DNA from: Myxococcota bacterium
Lineage (GTDB): Bacteria; Myxococcota_A; SURF-8
Length of the DNA: 64,000 nt
Assembly (NCBI GenBank): GCA_965140415.1
Contig: OZ223209.1
Span: forward strand, 3,968,001-4,032,000
Direction of reading: 5' to 3'
How positions within the stretch are numbered: position 1 is the first letter of the stretch; the number at the start of each line of letters is the position of its first letter. The notes beneath the pieces were generated by a model. That model did not search any database. It was not told the DNA's origin and saw only the letters and a program-made list of their open reading frames with translations. Position numbers and translations under genes: made by a program. Below are positions 48,386 through 59,555 of the stretch, piece by piece.

Positions 48386-49252
48386 CTAACGAAGGGTGTC
48401 TACATTGGAGGGTTGAGAGGCTTGGAAGCCATAGGCGTTTTCGATGCGCTGGCGCTGAATTTGGGCTTTCTGGTCAAGCTGCTGCTGTTCACGTTCGACA
48501 TCGCGCTCGATTTCACGATCCATTTGCATTTCCGCCTCACGCGCTTCTCTCTGCTGCTTAGCCTCTTCCTCTCGCAGAATTCGGGCTTCCGCCTCCAATT
48601 TACGCAGTTCCTGGCGTGCTTCCTGCTCGTTGGCACTGGCGCGAGCGGCAGTGGATTGATCCTGGGCCGAGGTTTCCGGCGGTGCAAGGGCTGCGGCTCG
48701 TACAATCTGCATTTTCGCGATGGTGCTTTCCGGTTCACGCTCCTTGGACGCGTCGATCCCGACTTCACCACCAACGGCATAGCGTCCGCCATCCGGCCCC
48801 TTTTCATATACATAATTGGGACCGGAAGTAATGTACTGCCCTCCCACTGCGACATGCATCTGCTCGTGCTGACGAACTTCCCTGTCCCGGCCACGTAGGT
48901 AGGACAGGTACTCCTGCTCCTCGGCAGTCATGACACTGCCATCGGGTCGCTTGGCGCTGGCACTGGTCTTCGCCTCTTTTTCGTTTTCTGCCTGCTCTTT
49001 TTTAGCTTGTTGCTCGCGAAGCAACCGGGTGTCGTCGTCTTCAATGGGAGGCTTGATTTCACCGGGAATACGGGTGGGGAAGATTTGAGGCACAACTGTA
49101 CCCGACCCCTCTGCGGAGCCGGTTGCGGAAGCCGTACTGGTCGACATAGTATCCTGAGAGACGGCTACGTCCCTTTGCCCTACGGATCGCCTTCCATGGC
49201 TTCCCCCCCCGAAGGATGGCCAAGTTGACTGGGCAAGGCCGGTCACTTTCAT
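48386..49252 (-). CDS. SprA-related family protein (putative metalloprotease)
   Basis: RDREVRQHEQMH, YEKGPDGGRYAVGGEVGID, RAAALAP...SAQD; ATG lies 7 nt after GGAGG. Confidence 0.85.
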   Translation of the reverse strand: MKVTGLAQSTWPSFGGGSHGRRSVGQRDVAVSQDTMSTSTASATGSAEGSGTVVPQIFPTRIPGEIKPPIEDDDTRLLREQQAKKEQAENEKEAKTSASAKRPDGSVMTAEEQEYLSYLRGRDREVRQHEQMHVAVGGQYITSGPNYVYEKGPDGGRYAVGGEVGIDASKEREPESTIAKMQIVRAAALAPPETSAQDQSTAARASANEQEARQELRKLEAEARILREEEAKQQREAREAEMQMDREIERDVEREQQQLDQKAQIQRQRIENAYGFQASQPSNVDTLR

Positions 49253-49281
49253 CGCCACACCTCCATGTCCCTCAACTGTAA

Positions 49282-49309
49282 ATTATACAAGTTATAGAAC
49301 TTCTGTCAA
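49282..49309 (-). promoter_or_regulatory. Consensus sigma70 promoter with a palindrome in the spacer
   Basis: TTGACA-N16-TATAAT; AAGTT-N4-AACTT within the spacer. Confidence 0.7.
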
Positions 49310-49459
49310 TAGCTTTAAAAGCATTCTCAAAAAAATGGAATGTTACCCCATTTTTCCAATCATTGACCTTGTGAAATGCATGACGTATGCTGTTTCGCGA
49401 CTGATGATCCAGCATCGAACTCCGACCCCATGGGTCTTTTGAACAGGAAGGACAATCCC

Positions 49460-50176
49460 ATGACTCAGTATCGCATCCGGCCCTTGGTAGTGGGTTTGAA
49501 TGAAACCGACCAGGGCATTATGACCTATCAGAAATTCTACGGAGAGCGCATTCACCTGCCCATCTATGTATTTGCGCTGGAAGGCGGTCCCCAGAAGATC
49601 CTGATCGATACCGGACTGGAAGATTTCATCGTGCCGGAAGGCGTGGAAGAAAAATACGGTTTCAAAGTGCTGCATTTCGAAGATGCACTGGCTTCTATCG
49701 GCTGGAAACCGGAAGATGTAGACATCATCATCCACACGCATTTACACAACGATCATTGTGAGAATGATTATAAGTGCAAAAACGCCAAAGTTTACGTGCA
49801 AAAACAAGAACTTGAGTTCATGAAGAATCCGCATCCCCTGGACCATCGCTACTACGACGATGTCCTGGATGAAAGCGAGGTAATCGAAATCGACGGTGAC
49901 ATGGAGATCGTAGAAGGAATCCAGGTTTTCCTTAGTCCCGGACACACACCAGGGGGACAATCGGTGGCAATCGACACATCTGCGGGAAAAGCCTTGATTA
50001 CCGGTTTTTGCAGTAATAGCCGTAACTTCCCTAAAAATGGACCCGCCATCGTGCCGGGAGTTCATCTTGATGCGATGCAGTGCTATGATAGTGTACAGAA
50101 AGTCGTTGATTTTAAAGCGGATATCTTGATTCCGTTACATGCCATCGAAATCGGCGCGAAGAGCAGCATTCCCTGA
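49460..50176 (+). CDS. Metallo-beta-lactamase fold hydrolase, AHL-lactonase-like family
   Basis: ILIDTG, HTHLHNDH, SPGHTPGGQS, IPLH. Confidence 0.85.
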   Translation: MTQYRIRPLVVGLNETDQGIMTYQKFYGERIHLPIYVFALEGGPQKILIDTGLEDFIVPEGVEEKYGFKVLHFEDALASIGWKPEDVDIIIHTHLHNDHCENDYKCKNAKVYVQKQELEFMKNPHPLDHRYYDDVLDESEVIEIDGDMEIVEGIQVFLSPGHTPGGQSVAIDTSAGKALITGFCSNSRNFPKNGPAIVPGVHLDAMQCYDSVQKVVDFKADILIPLHAIEIGAKSSIP

Positions 50177-50201
50177 TTCGCATGAAAACGCGAGGCAGAA
50201 A

Positions 50202-50247
50202 CGGACTTTATCCTGTTTCTGAAAACTCAGATTCAGGATAAAGCCCG
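50202..50247 (-). terminator. Long hairpin between convergent genes
   Basis: CGGGCTTTATCCTG-AA-TCTGA-GTTT-TCAGA-AA-CAGGATAAAGTCCG on the minus strand. Confidence 0.6.
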
Positions 50248-50272
50248 AACTGTCCTCAGTGAGGAAATTGAG

Positions 50273-50626
50273 CTATCCTTCCAGAAATTCTCCACCTTCA
50301 GAGAGTTCATGAGTGGAAACCGCCTGCTCGATCAACTTACGTGCCTCCTCCAATAAGCGGCTGTCCACCACCAGGTGAACGTCCCCCATGATTCCGGCAG
50401 AAGTTGGAAATGATGAACTTTCCAGACTTCTCAAATTACTGACAATCCCCTCCTCTGCCAATATGGATTGCAGTTTGTCTGCTTCCATTCGATTGGCGCA
50501 GGCATACAACTCGACAAAATCCAGATCTGCTACTTCATCGAGTTGCTCGACAAGATCCTGACCACACTCGGCGCATACATCTGCACCACTGACGTACTCG
50601 ATTCGGCAATTCGGACAGTACGGCAT
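50273..50626 (-). CDS. Zinc-ribbon + DUF2007 putative signal-transducing protein
   Basis: MPYCPNCRIEY...CAECG..LV; EA...QSILAEEGI. Confidence 0.75.
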   Translation of the reverse strand: MPYCPNCRIEYVSGADVCAECGQDLVEQLDEVADLDFVELYACANRMEADKLQSILAEEGIVSNLRSLESSSFPTSAGIMGDVHLVVDSRLLEEARKLIEQAVSTHELSEGGEFLEG

Positions 50627-50881
50627 GTGACCCTCCTCCCATTTTCTTAGGATTCGACAGGTAAAAGCCTTCCTTCTAAATGATCCCCCTTCTTCCCTTC
50701 AGGGTCAATCGAAAAACGCGTACAGTCCATTTTTTCAATCCTCGGGTTTGCTGCTATGGCATCCCTAAATTTATCTTGTCAAGCGCTCACGAGCATGATA
50801 ATACTGACTTTCCAAAGCAATAGCGTTGTATTTTCAACTCAACGATTCCACCTATTTGGTCAATATAAGGAGATATAGTTC

Positions 50882-51637
50882 ATGTCAGGTCACAATAAAT
50901 GGAGTTCCATCAAGCACCGCAAAGGCGCCCAGGATGCCAAGCGCGGCAAGATGTTCACCAAATTCATTAAGGAAATTACGATGGCGGCCCGCGAGGGCGG
51001 CGGCGATCCGAACTCGAATGCGCGCTTACGTACGGCTATCGCCACGGCCAAGTCCGGCAGTATGCCCAATGACAACATCGATCGCGCCATCAAAAAAGGC
51101 ACCGGCGAACTGGAAGGCGGTCAGTTTGAAGAAATCACCTATGAAGGCTACGGTCCCGGTGGAGTGGCTCTGCTGATCGAAACCGTTTCCGATAACCGTA
51201 ACCGCACCACGGCGGAAGTCCGCCACTGCCTCTCCAAAAACAACGGAAACCTGGGCGAAAACGGTTGCGTATCGTGGATGTTCGACCGCTGCGGCTCCAT
51301 TACCATCGAAGGTGAAAACCTCGATGAAGACGAAGTGATGGAATTCGGGCTGGAGTTGGACGGCTTCAAAGATCTGGAAAAAGACGGTGATTCCATTACG
51401 ATCTCTACCGAAATGACATCGCTGTATTCCATTCGCGAAGCATTGGCCGAAAAGGGCTATAACGTTACCGAAGCCAAACTGAACCGTATTCCCCAGAACA
51501 CCGTGCAGATCGAAGGTAAAAAGGCCCAGCAGCTTTTCAAACTGATGGATATGCTGGAAGACAATGACGACGTACAGGACGTGTACGCCAATTACGAAAT
51601 CGACGATGAGGAAATGGAGCGTCTCACCGGGGAATAG
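50882..51637 (+). CDS. yebC: YebC/PmpR family protein
   Basis: MSGHNKWSSIKHRKG, YEGYGPGG, DNRNRT, DDVQDVYAN. Confidence 0.97.
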   Translation: MSGHNKWSSIKHRKGAQDAKRGKMFTKFIKEITMAAREGGGDPNSNARLRTAIATAKSGSMPNDNIDRAIKKGTGELEGGQFEEITYEGYGPGGVALLIETVSDNRNRTTAEVRHCLSKNNGNLGENGCVSWMFDRCGSITIEGENLDEDEVMEFGLELDGFKDLEKDGDSITISTEMTSLYSIREALAEKGYNVTEAKLNRIPQNTVQIEGKKAQQLFKLMDMLEDNDDVQDVYANYEIDDEEMERLTGE

Positions 51638-51666
51638 CCGGTTGAGGCTTTAGGAGATTACCTTTC

Positions 51667-52134
51667 ATGCGCATCCTTGGTATCGATCCCGGCAGCCGGT
51701 TCACCGGTTATGGTGTTGTAGAAGAGCAGTCGGGAAGATTGATCCATGTGGATTGCGGAGTAATCGCGCCATCCCCGAAACTTCCCATGGCGCAGCGCTT
51801 AAGCCATATCACCGATGGCCTGGAGCGCGTCATTGCCGAACATGCCCCGGATGCGGCATCGATTGAAGAAGTCTTTTCCGGTCGCAACTGGCGTAGTGCG
51901 CTGAAACTGGGGCAGGCACGTGGTGCCGCCCTGGTCGCTTTGGCTCACCACAATCTGGATGTAGCCGAGTACACACCGACAGTAATTAAAAAAACGGTTG
52001 TCGGCTACGGACGCGCGGAGAAAGAACAAATCCAGCACATGGTACGTGTGCTGCTGGGACTGCCTGAAAATCCGGAAGAAAACGCGGCGGATGCGCTTGC
52101 CATTGCGATTTGTCGCTTATTTCACAACCGCTAA
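51667..52134 (+). CDS. ruvC: Holliday junction resolvase RuvC
   Basis: ILGIDPG..TGYG, IEEVF, LGQARG, GYGRAEKEQ, ADALAIA. Confidence 0.97.
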   Translation: MRILGIDPGSRFTGYGVVEEQSGRLIHVDCGVIAPSPKLPMAQRLSHITDGLERVIAEHAPDAASIEEVFSGRNWRSALKLGQARGAALVALAHHNLDVAEYTPTVIKKTVVGYGRAEKEQIQHMVRVLLGLPENPEENAADALAIAICRLFHNR

Positions 52135-52160
52135 CCGATGCTTTAAGGAGTCGCGCTGCA

Positions 52161-52760
52161 ATGATCGCTGGCTTGCATGGAACACTGGTTGAAAAAGATC
52201 CCGACCGGGTCGTAATCGACGTGAACGGCGTCTATTACGAAGTGTTCGTAAGTCTTAGCACGTTGTCCGACTTACCGGAACCGGGAGAGCAGACGGAACT
52301 GATCTGTCACACTTACGTACGGGAAGATATCCTGGCGCTCTACGGTTTTTCCAGCAAGCTCGAAAAGGAATTGTTCCTTTCCTTGATCTCCGTTTCGGGC
52401 ATCGGTCCCAAGCAGGCGGGTTCGATTCTGTCCGGTCTGGCTCCGGCAGATCTGGCCCAGGCGGTCGTCAATGAAGACGTCGCCGGCTTGACACGCATTC
52501 CCGGTGTTGGAAAGAAAAAGGCGGAACGCCTTATTCTGGATCTGAAGGAAAAGCTGCAAAAACGCCTGATGCTGGAAAAGGAAGAGATTCCCTCGGTGGG
52601 TGGTCGCTTCACCTGTCAAGGCGATCTGGTTGCAGCATTGGAAAGCCTGGGGTACAAACGCAAGCAGATTCAACGAGTGATCGAAACGCTCTCCGAAACG
52701 CATGAAAAGAATACTCCGGTCGAGGAACTGATTCGACACGCCCTGCAAGAGTTGCAATAA
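52161..52760 (+). CDS. ruvA: Holliday junction branch migration protein RuvA
   Basis: [47 protein letters not shown] before ATG 52161. Confidence 0.97.
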   Translation: MIAGLHGTLVEKDPDRVVIDVNGVYYEVFVSLSTLSDLPEPGEQTELICHTYVREDILALYGFSSKLEKELFLSLISVSGIGPKQAGSILSGLAPADLAQAVVNEDVAGLTRIPGVGKKKAERLILDLKEKLQKRLMLEKEEIPSVGGRFTCQGDLVAALESLGYKRKQIQRVIETLSETHEKNTPVEELIRHALQELQ

Positions 52761-53830
52761 TGACCAGTAGAGATCAACATACGCTTTCACCGAACGCGAA
52801 CAACACGGATAGCCAACTTGAACGGGTGATCCGTCCGCGTACGCTGGATGAATACGTGGGTCAGACTCCAGTGGTGGAAAACCTACGGGTTTTCATCGAA
52901 GCCGCTAAAATGCGTGGCGACGTGCTGGACCACACACTGATCTTCTCTCCGCCGGGCTTGGGTAAAACCACGTTGGGAAATATCATTGCCAACGAGCTGA
53001 ATGTGTCTCTTCATAGCAGTTCGGGTCCGGCAATCGATAAAAAAGGAGATCTGGCCGGTCCGCTTACCAATCTGAAACGCGGCGATGTCCTCTTTATCGA
53101 CGAAATCCATCGTTTGAACCCGGTGATCGAAGAAAACCTGTATCCGGCGATGGAAGACTATTGTTTTGATATCATTACGGGCGAAGGACCGGCGGCACGC
53201 AATATCAAGCTGCCGATTCAACCTTTTTCGCTGATCGGAGCGACTACCCGAGCTGGCATGTTGACTTCCCCTCTTCGCGACCGTTTCGGCATCATCATTG
53301 AGCTGTCCTATTACAGCCCGGACGAACTCGTTCAGATCGTGCGAAGAAATTCCAAGATTCTGAACATCGCTATTGAAGACAAAGCAGCCTGGGAGATCGC
53401 CCGGCGTTCACGAGGAACACCTCGCATTACCAACCGCCTGCTGCGCCGCGTGCGTGATTTCGCGAATGTCGCAAAAGAGAAAAGTATCACATTAAAGATC
53501 GCCCGGTTCGCCTTGGAAAAGCTATGCATCGACGAAGAAGGGCTGGACCAGAGCGATCAGAAAATCCTGAATACCATCGTTCACATGTTCAACGGCGGAC
53601 CAGTCGGTCAGAACACGTTATGTGCAGCTCTTTCAATGGAAAGAGAATCTCTTGAGGACGTTTACGAACCTTACCTGATCCAGCAGGGCTATATCCAGCG
53701 CACACCGAAAGGTCGTGTAGCGACCTTACGCTGTTACCAACACTTGGGCATTGCACCTCCTACGGGGCAGCCTTCCCTCTTTCCATACACTTCCAGCGAC
53801 GAGAATGGCTTCGAATCGAACAACGATTAG
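52760..53830 (+). CDS. ruvB: Holliday junction branch migration helicase RuvB
   Basis: [49 protein letters not shown]. Confidence 0.98.
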   Translation: MTSRDQHTLSPNANNTDSQLERVIRPRTLDEYVGQTPVVENLRVFIEAAKMRGDVLDHTLIFSPPGLGKTTLGNIIANELNVSLHSSSGPAIDKKGDLAGPLTNLKRGDVLFIDEIHRLNPVIEENLYPAMEDYCFDIITGEGPAARNIKLPIQPFSLIGATTRAGMLTSPLRDRFGIIIELSYYSPDELVQIVRRNSKILNIAIEDKAAWEIARRSRGTPRITNRLLRRVRDFANVAKEKSITLKIARFALEKLCIDEEGLDQSDQKILNTIVHMFNGGPVGQNTLCAALSMERESLEDVYEPYLIQQGYIQRTPKGRVATLRCYQHLGIAPPTGQPSLFPYTSSDENGFESNND

Positions 53831-54623
53831 CCGCCCGGTATCCTTCGACGGCATAGGAGTACACAGTGGTCGTCCCTGCCACATCAGTGTACTTCCATCG
53901 GACTCCTGCGGCCTGGTCTTCGTTCGCATGGGACGACGTATTCCGGCAAGTGTATCTACTGTCCGATCATCTCGTTTCTGCGTTACACTGGGAACAGAGG
54001 ATGTTGAAGTCGCAACCGTCGAGCATCTACTTGCGGCATTATTCGGCTGCGGCATCGATGATGCCGTTATTCAGGTCGATGGTCCTGAAATTCCGATTTT
54101 GGATGGTAGTGCCCTACCCTTTTTTCGTGCCTTCACAACTTGCGGTCTCCGGCAAAACGAAACGAAACGAAGCTGCATTACACTTAGCAACACCATCAAA
54201 GTTTCCGACGGCGAAAGTTATCTCATCGCCGAACCGGCTGAAAAGCTTGAACTGGACGTAAACATTCGTTACGACCACCCTCTTTTAGCATCACAGCATT
54301 ATCAAAATTTCTTTTCTAAAACACAATTCGCAAACGATCTTGTATCAGCCCGAACGTTCGGCTTTATCCGCGACTATCCCACCATGTACAAACAGGGTTT
54401 TGCAAAAGGCGCTGGAGAGGAAAATACGGTCGCTTTCGACAATGACGGTATTCTCAACCCGCCACTGCGTTTCCCGGATGAACCCGTCCGCCACAAAACT
54501 CTGGATCTTTTAGGTGATTTAGCTTTATTAGGTGCACCAATCGAAGCCCGTATCCATTCGCACATGGGAGGTCATTCTCTTAATGTGCGACTTGTGAAAC
54601 GCATCCTTCAACAAATCGGATAA
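53805..54623 (+). CDS. lpxC: UDP-3-O-acyl-N-acetylglucosamine deacetylase
   Basis: [45 protein letters not shown]. Confidence 0.95.
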   Translation: MASNRTTISRPVSFDGIGVHSGRPCHISVLPSDSCGLVFVRMGRRIPASVSTVRSSRFCVTLGTEDVEVATVEHLLAALFGCGIDDAVIQVDGPEIPILDGSALPFFRAFTTCGLRQNETKRSCITLSNTIKVSDGESYLIAEPAEKLELDVNIRYDHPLLASQHYQNFFSKTQFANDLVSARTFGFIRDYPTMYKQGFAKGAGEENTVAFDNDGILNPPLRFPDEPVRHKTLDLLGDLALLGAPIEARIHSHMGGHSLNVRLVKRILQQIG

Positions 54624-54705
54624 ACACCCAAGCGGATTCTTTAAGATTTACCTGGAGTGTCAATCCTTCCGGAAAACGTAGACTGACCACTTCTCACAAA
54701 GACGC

Positions 54706-54743
54706 AAAAAGGGCCGGAAGCATTCGCCTCCGACCCTTTTTTT
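54706..54743 (-). terminator. Intrinsic terminator (T-runs on both sides, best pairing on the minus strand)
   Basis: GGGTCGGAGGC-GAAT-GCTTCCGGCCC-TTTTT. Confidence 0.85.
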
Positions 54744-54759
54744 GTTTACGCCCTACGGC

Positions 54760-57700
54760 TTAGTAGCCGATGGTCCAGTTCGACATGTTCTGCCAGAACG
54801 AGGAGAAGTCGTTCAGCAAGGTCATGGTCGATTCCATGTGCTCCAGGGTGTTGTTCAGATAAGATGCCGGATAAGGAGTGCCGGGACATTCATCCGTATA
54901 GAAGTTGCCCGGAACCATACCCGCCGTGCCTTCGCCGTACTCGGGATTTTCCAAGGTGGCGTTCTTAGCACACAACATACGAATGTTGCGGTAGCGTTCC
55001 AACAGGTCGTAAGCCGGGAAGGAACGATCGTCGCCAGGAACTTTGTGCGCACGGTAGTAATAGGTTTCTTTCGAGTTCAGCACTTCGATTTCGTCCTCAT
55101 TCGGCGCCGCCCACAAGTGACGTTCACCGACCGGAATGATATCGGTTGTGTAGTACTGGAACACGGTGTTATCCGCCATGGTGTTGGCCTGATTGAAGAT
55201 GCTCCAGAAGATCGGCTCGACCTTGTCAAAGTAAACCCAACTGGCGTGGATCGGGAAGTAGGTTTTGCCTTCCTGCGCGCTCAGTCGCTGGCACATATTC
55301 ATCGTGTTATCCACCGCATCCGGCTTGTAATCGTTCGGATTCGGTGTTTCACCGGTAGCGGGCTGCGCCCAATCGTCGGTCCAGTTCCACTGGTGCAGCA
55401 TGTTGACCGGCGGCTGGTACACTTTCATCTTGTATTTGTTCACACCGGTCTGTTCGACACAGTAGCGGCTGAACTGCAACATGTGATCTTCGTTCATGAT
55501 GTCGGACATCAAATTGTAGTTGGCATTGTCGAAACCATCGGATAGATAGGCAAAGGCATTAGCCATATTTTCGTAGCCATACTTGTCCACCGGCCAACCG
55601 GCGTTCGTCAGTACGAAACCAGCCGCATCTTTTTCGATCGTGAAGCCCTTGACCATGAGCTTTTCTTCCATGATGCCCAAGTCATCCTGACGGTTCCAGT
55701 GGTTCTTGTGATGATGACCGTAGCGCAGGTCCACATCGAGAATGGCGCCGCCCAGCGTTTCCTCAAGAGTCGCCTCATCGTAGATGTACGGATTCTTGAC
55801 GAAGTACTGCTTGTTTTCGTCTTCAAGCCAGCTGGTGAGCACGTGCTTACCCACATCCGGGCTGTACAGCACATCGTAAACCAGGAAGTTGTAACCTTCC
55901 ATACCGGCAATCAGGTAATCGCCAGCACCACCCGGGGTCAGAGTCTTGGTCACTTCCTGACCGTTAATGACTTCCGTCCACTCTTCAATGCCGTTGACCG
56001 CATACATGTAGTCTTTACGAGCCAGCGAGTTGCTGGGATCCTGAGGATCGGTCGTACGACCAGTAAGAATGTCCTGCCACTCCGGCAACTGGAAGCGATA
56101 GTAGTTCAAATCCAATGCGAAGTGAGCGAACGGGAACATACGCCAGAAACTGCCCCAGAAAGCGCGCTGACGACGGAAGCGCGGATTACCACGGCGGAAG
56201 AAACGCCAGAAGTAGAAGCGCTTGTACTGATCCGCCATATTACGGATGATATCGCGAGCGGTGTAGCCCTTATCCCACACGTTACACATCGGATCTTCGT
56301 AACGCCAGTGATCGGTACCGAACAGGTAAGGCTTGATGTCGCCATTGAGCTGGATACCCACGCGGCTGCCTTCTACCGGCATAGCATGAGTGACACCCTT
56401 TTCTTCGTTCAGATCCAAGGTGACTTCCGGTTCGTAGCGCAACTCCCAAACGGGAACCTTGGGATTGTAGCAGTACGTCATACCGGCTTTGTCGGTGCAC
56501 ACACAGTCCTCGTCGTTCTGCCCATCTTTCGGTGAACCGGGAACACAGGAACAGGTAATGTTATACAGGTCATCAGCAGTACAGTAGCGGTACTCCAACA
56601 GAGGTTCGACGACCACTTTGGGAAGTCCGTACTCATTCATTTCCACATTGTTGGATCCATCCAGCTTGTACTTCTCGACACCCTTTCCATAGACATACAG
56701 GAAAGCGGCGATGTCATACTTACCTAGACCGAAACCGTGGAAGTAAAATTCATCCATGTAATCCATGACGGAGGAGTACATGTACCAATCCATCGGAGTC
56801 GCAATGGTTTTCTGGAGATAGAATTTCTCGATCGGCACCGGATCGCGACCCTTTTTCGTTTTGAACTCCGCGATCTTGGCGTCCAAGTCTTTCTGAAGTT
56901 CAGGCTTCGCTTTCCAGTAACCGGTCTTCATCAGTTCGCCGTCTTCATTGACCCACTGATCGCCAATGTAGTTCAGCTCATCGGCACTGGCGTTGAAGTT
57001 ATGGCGCAGACCCAAGGAGTGACCCATTTCATGCTCGGCAACGCCCTTGAACATGATGCGCTCGACAGCGCGACGGATGTCTTCACGAGAGTAACCAGCG
57101 TCGTCCATCTTTTCGATGATTTCCAGGAAACCACCATCGAGCCATTCACCCATGAAGTAGCAACCCTTGGACAATTCGATTTCGCGATCGCGATTGGCGA
57201 TCATCGCCTCTTTGGTACCCCAATACAGCGGCGAAATCCCATACAGCATTTCTTCGTTGTAAGCGGTTGCTTCGGGGAATACGAAATCCAACACACCGCT
57301 CATGGCCATTTCGGTTTCCCAACGGGTTCCCTTGATGGCGCTCAGATCCAACGCTCCCTGTATCGTGGGGAGATGCTTGGCTTGAAGCACTTTGAGCATT
57401 TCAGCTTTTTCTTTGTTGGACTGTATTGAAAGCTCATCACTCTTCTTTCCGAGAGAGAGTTCACGGAAAGCCGGGTTATGCAAGGAAGAGGTCTTCCATT
57501 CCGGAGAGCCAGGCATCACAGGAGGAGGATTCACTTCGTCTTCCGGACGCGACTGCACTTCACCCTGGGTCGGGCGATTCGTGTATTCAGCGTCGATAAT
57601 CAGATCGTTCAACAGTTCTTCGTAACGCTCACGCGTCGGGTTGAAGCCGGCAAACAGATCATCATCCTCGCCGCTGTCGCCATCACGCATGCCTTTGATC

Positions 57701-59505
57701 ATGAAATAGCGTTCCAGTTCGCGGTGGGTCGACCACTGCAACACGGAACCGGCAATATGCGAAGAAGCCGAAAGGATCTGACCGGTTTCGGGATTGTCCG
57801 ACCACTGCGACACACCCAGAATACCGTATTCCGTGGGAGTATCTACCCAGTAGAAGAAGCTGTAACGAGCATCACCCAGTTCCGCTTTATAACGCGGCAC
57901 TTTGTTGCCTTCGCTGTCAACTTCGCAACGATGCTCACGCGTCACTTCGCAAGCCACCGGATAATTTACAGGCACGGCAACGCGAGAATCGATATCATCG
58001 CCAAAGATGGCTCTGATTTCATCCGGGGTAATCAGGTTCGGCAAACCTTCCGGGTTCACGCCGTCACGATCGTAATCATATTCCAAGAACTCATTACGAC
58101 GCAGTACGAACACATCGTTTTCATCCTCGGTGAAGCAGTACCGCTTCATTTCGGCAATCATGGCCGCCTGACGATCCGTGAACGCACCCTGATCTTCATC
58201 ATTCCAGTCACTCGGCGGCACCTGGCTCTCGATGGTGTAATCCAGGTAATAAAACTTCGAATCGTCCAATGTCATATCTTCAGGCCAGGTCTCGAAAGCA
58301 TCCGGCATGAAAAGAGAAGTGGCGGGATTGTCTTCGGAGATACCGGTAACCATCTGGCTCAGGCCATCGGCCAACTTGATCTGGGGACCGAAATCAGACT
58401 CGAAACCTTCGCCGTTTTCATCAAACGACTCACGCGCCATCTGGCCTTCGTATTTAGCCTTGGCAAACGCGTAGTTGTAATCGGCGGCGATCGAACAAGT
58501 CGTCAGAGCCAGATACTCGGGGAAGTTCGGGCTCAAGTAGGTGATGATTTTATGACCGTTTTCAATGTTGAAATAGTTGGCCCACTTGTGAATGTAGTTG
58601 TCACGGTAGCCGTATTGCGGGTCCACTGCGCGATAGTCGCGGGTGAAGAAACCGAACCGACGGAACATGTCATCCTGGTACTCCAACGGCACGAAACCGT
58701 TGTTGTCCAACTCTTCACGATCCACACGCCAAAAGAAGTGGCGGTATTCCATACGAGCCGGTTCCCAGCTGATGAACTCGTAAACATCTTCCCACGTATA
58801 AATGTTACGCCAGGAGTTGTTCGGGGACACGATCACGTCGGTGTAGAACGACAGCGAATCGGCCAGTTGGTCGCCGCCCGCCATGTGACGCATCTCGTAT
58901 TCCTTCGGATTGATCGCCTGGTTGTTCTTGTCGTGCCATTCCATCTGGTAATAGCCGGCAACAGGCTCATAGTAGAACGGATTATCCCAGTCGATGGTCA
59001 TGTTGAGATACTTCATTTCGAAGTTCGTCAACGCACTCGACGAAGGATCGATCACCATGTAGCGCGTCTGCCACCAGGGGTTGTCGCGATTCTCGGTCAG
59101 AATCGGCAGATCCTCACCGGTCGTGGTGTTTTCCGCCAGTTCGATGTCGAACTGATCCAGAATCGGGAACGCCAACACCGGCGTTTCCGCCAGGTCTTGT
59201 TTTCCTTCGGTATCCACGATGTTCTTGGTGTCGTACAGCGAGTAGGCGATCAACCAGTTCTGGGTGATTTCCCAACGGATCATCTTCAGATCGTTGGTTT
59301 CACCGATGAACGAGTAATCGACCGAGTACGGCAGATCGGTTACGGTCTGCTTGTAAAACCAATCTCCCTCGAACAGGCGCTTATCCAGAGCCAGAGGGTT
59401 GGTTTTGTCGACGGGAGCACGTTCTGTCATACATCCTGCAAGGATGAAAGCCAGAAGCATCGCGCTTCCCAAAACTGCGGCAACTTTTCTCAAATGGGCC
59501 ATCAT
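54760..59505 (-). CDS. Large lipoprotein zinc-dependent metalloprotease (Met-zincin, EcxA/DUF4953-like)
   Basis: Lipobox LAGC; HEMGHSLGLRHNF (HExxHxxGxxH); Met-turn SSVMDY; LGKYDIAA; GDARYS, DNPETGQI. Confidence 0.88.
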   Translation of the reverse strand: MMAHLRKVAAVLGSAMLLAFILAGCMTERAPVDKTNPLALDKRLFEGDWFYKQTVTDLPYSVDYSFIGETNDLKMIRWEITQNWLIAYSLYDTKNIVDTEGKQDLAETPVLAFPILDQFDIELAENTTTGEDLPILTENRDNPWWQTRYMVIDPSSSALTNFEMKYLNMTIDWDNPFYYEPVAGYYQMEWHDKNNQAINPKEYEMRHMAGGDQLADSLSFYTDVIVSPNNSWRNIYTWEDVYEFISWEPARMEYRHFFWRVDREELDNNGFVPLEYQDDMFRRFGFFTRDYRAVDPQYGYRDNYIHKWANYFNIENGHKIITYLSPNFPEYLALTTCSIAADYNYAFAKAKYEGQMARESFDENGEGFESDFGPQIKLADGLSQMVTGISEDNPATSLFMPDAFETWPEDMTLDDSKFYYLDYTIESQVPPSDWNDEDQGAFTDRQAAMIAEMKRYCFTEDENDVFVLRRNEFLEYDYDRDGVNPEGLPNLITPDEIRAIFGDDIDSRVAVPVNYPVACEVTREHRCEVDSEGNKVPRYKAELGDARYSFFYWVDTPTEYGILGVSQWSDNPETGQILSASSHIAGSVLQWSTHRELERYFMIKGMRDGDSGEDDDLFAGFNPTRERYEELLNDLIIDAEYTNRPTQGEVQSRPEDEVNPPPVMPGSPEWKTSSLHNPAFRELSLGKKSDELSIQSNKEKAEMLKVLQAKHLPTIQGALDLSAIKGTRWETEMAMSGVLDFVFPEATAYNEEMLYGISPLYWGTKEAMIANRDREIELSKGCYFMGEWLDGGFLEIIEKMDDAGYSREDIRRAVERIMFKGVAEHEMGHSLGLRHNFNASADELNYIGDQWVNEDGELMKTGYWKAKPELQKDLDAKIAEFKTKKGRDPVPIEKFYLQKTIATPMDWYMYSSVMDYMDEFYFHGFGLGKYDIAAFLYVYGKGVEKYKLDGSNNVEMNEYGLPKVVVEPLLEYRYCTADDLYNITCSCVPGSPKDGQNDEDCVCTDKAGMTYCYNPKVPVWELRYEPEVTLDLNEEKGVTHAMPVEGSRVGIQLNGDIKPYLFGTDHWRYEDPMCNVWDKGYTARDIIRNMADQYKRFYFWRFFRRGNPRFRRQRAFWGSFWRMFPFAHFALDLNYYRFQLPEWQDILTGRTTDPQDPSNSLARKDYMYAVNGIEEWTEVINGQEVTKTLTPGGAGDYLIAGMEGYNFLVYDVLYSPDVGKHVLTSWLEDENKQYFVKNPYIYDEATLEETLGGAILDVDLRYGHHHKNHWNRQDDLGIMEEKLMVKGFTIEKDAAGFVLTNAGWPVDKYGYENMANAFAYLSDGFDNANYNLMSDIMNEDHMLQFSRYCVEQTGVNKYKMKVYQPPVNMLHQWNWTDDWAQPATGETPNPNDYKPDAVDNTMNMCQRLSAQEGKTYFPIHASWVYFDKVEPIFWSIFNQANTMADNTVFQYYTTDIIPVGERHLWAAPNEDEIEVLNSKETYYYRAHKVPGDDRSFPAYDLLERYRNIRMLCAKNATLENPEYGEGTAGMVPGNFYTDECPGTPYPASYLNNTLEHMESTMTLLNDFSSFWQNMSNWTIGY

Positions 59506-59555
59506 GATCCTATCGCCTCCTTAAGAACTACAGACCACTAGAGTAATGAATTCTC

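Noticed and set aside
57478-59541. 687-aa plus-strand ORF (and other ORFs antisense to sucCD, rpsA-like and the TonB receptor)
   Set aside because: Antisense to well-supported genes with biased codon usage; no recognisable motifs
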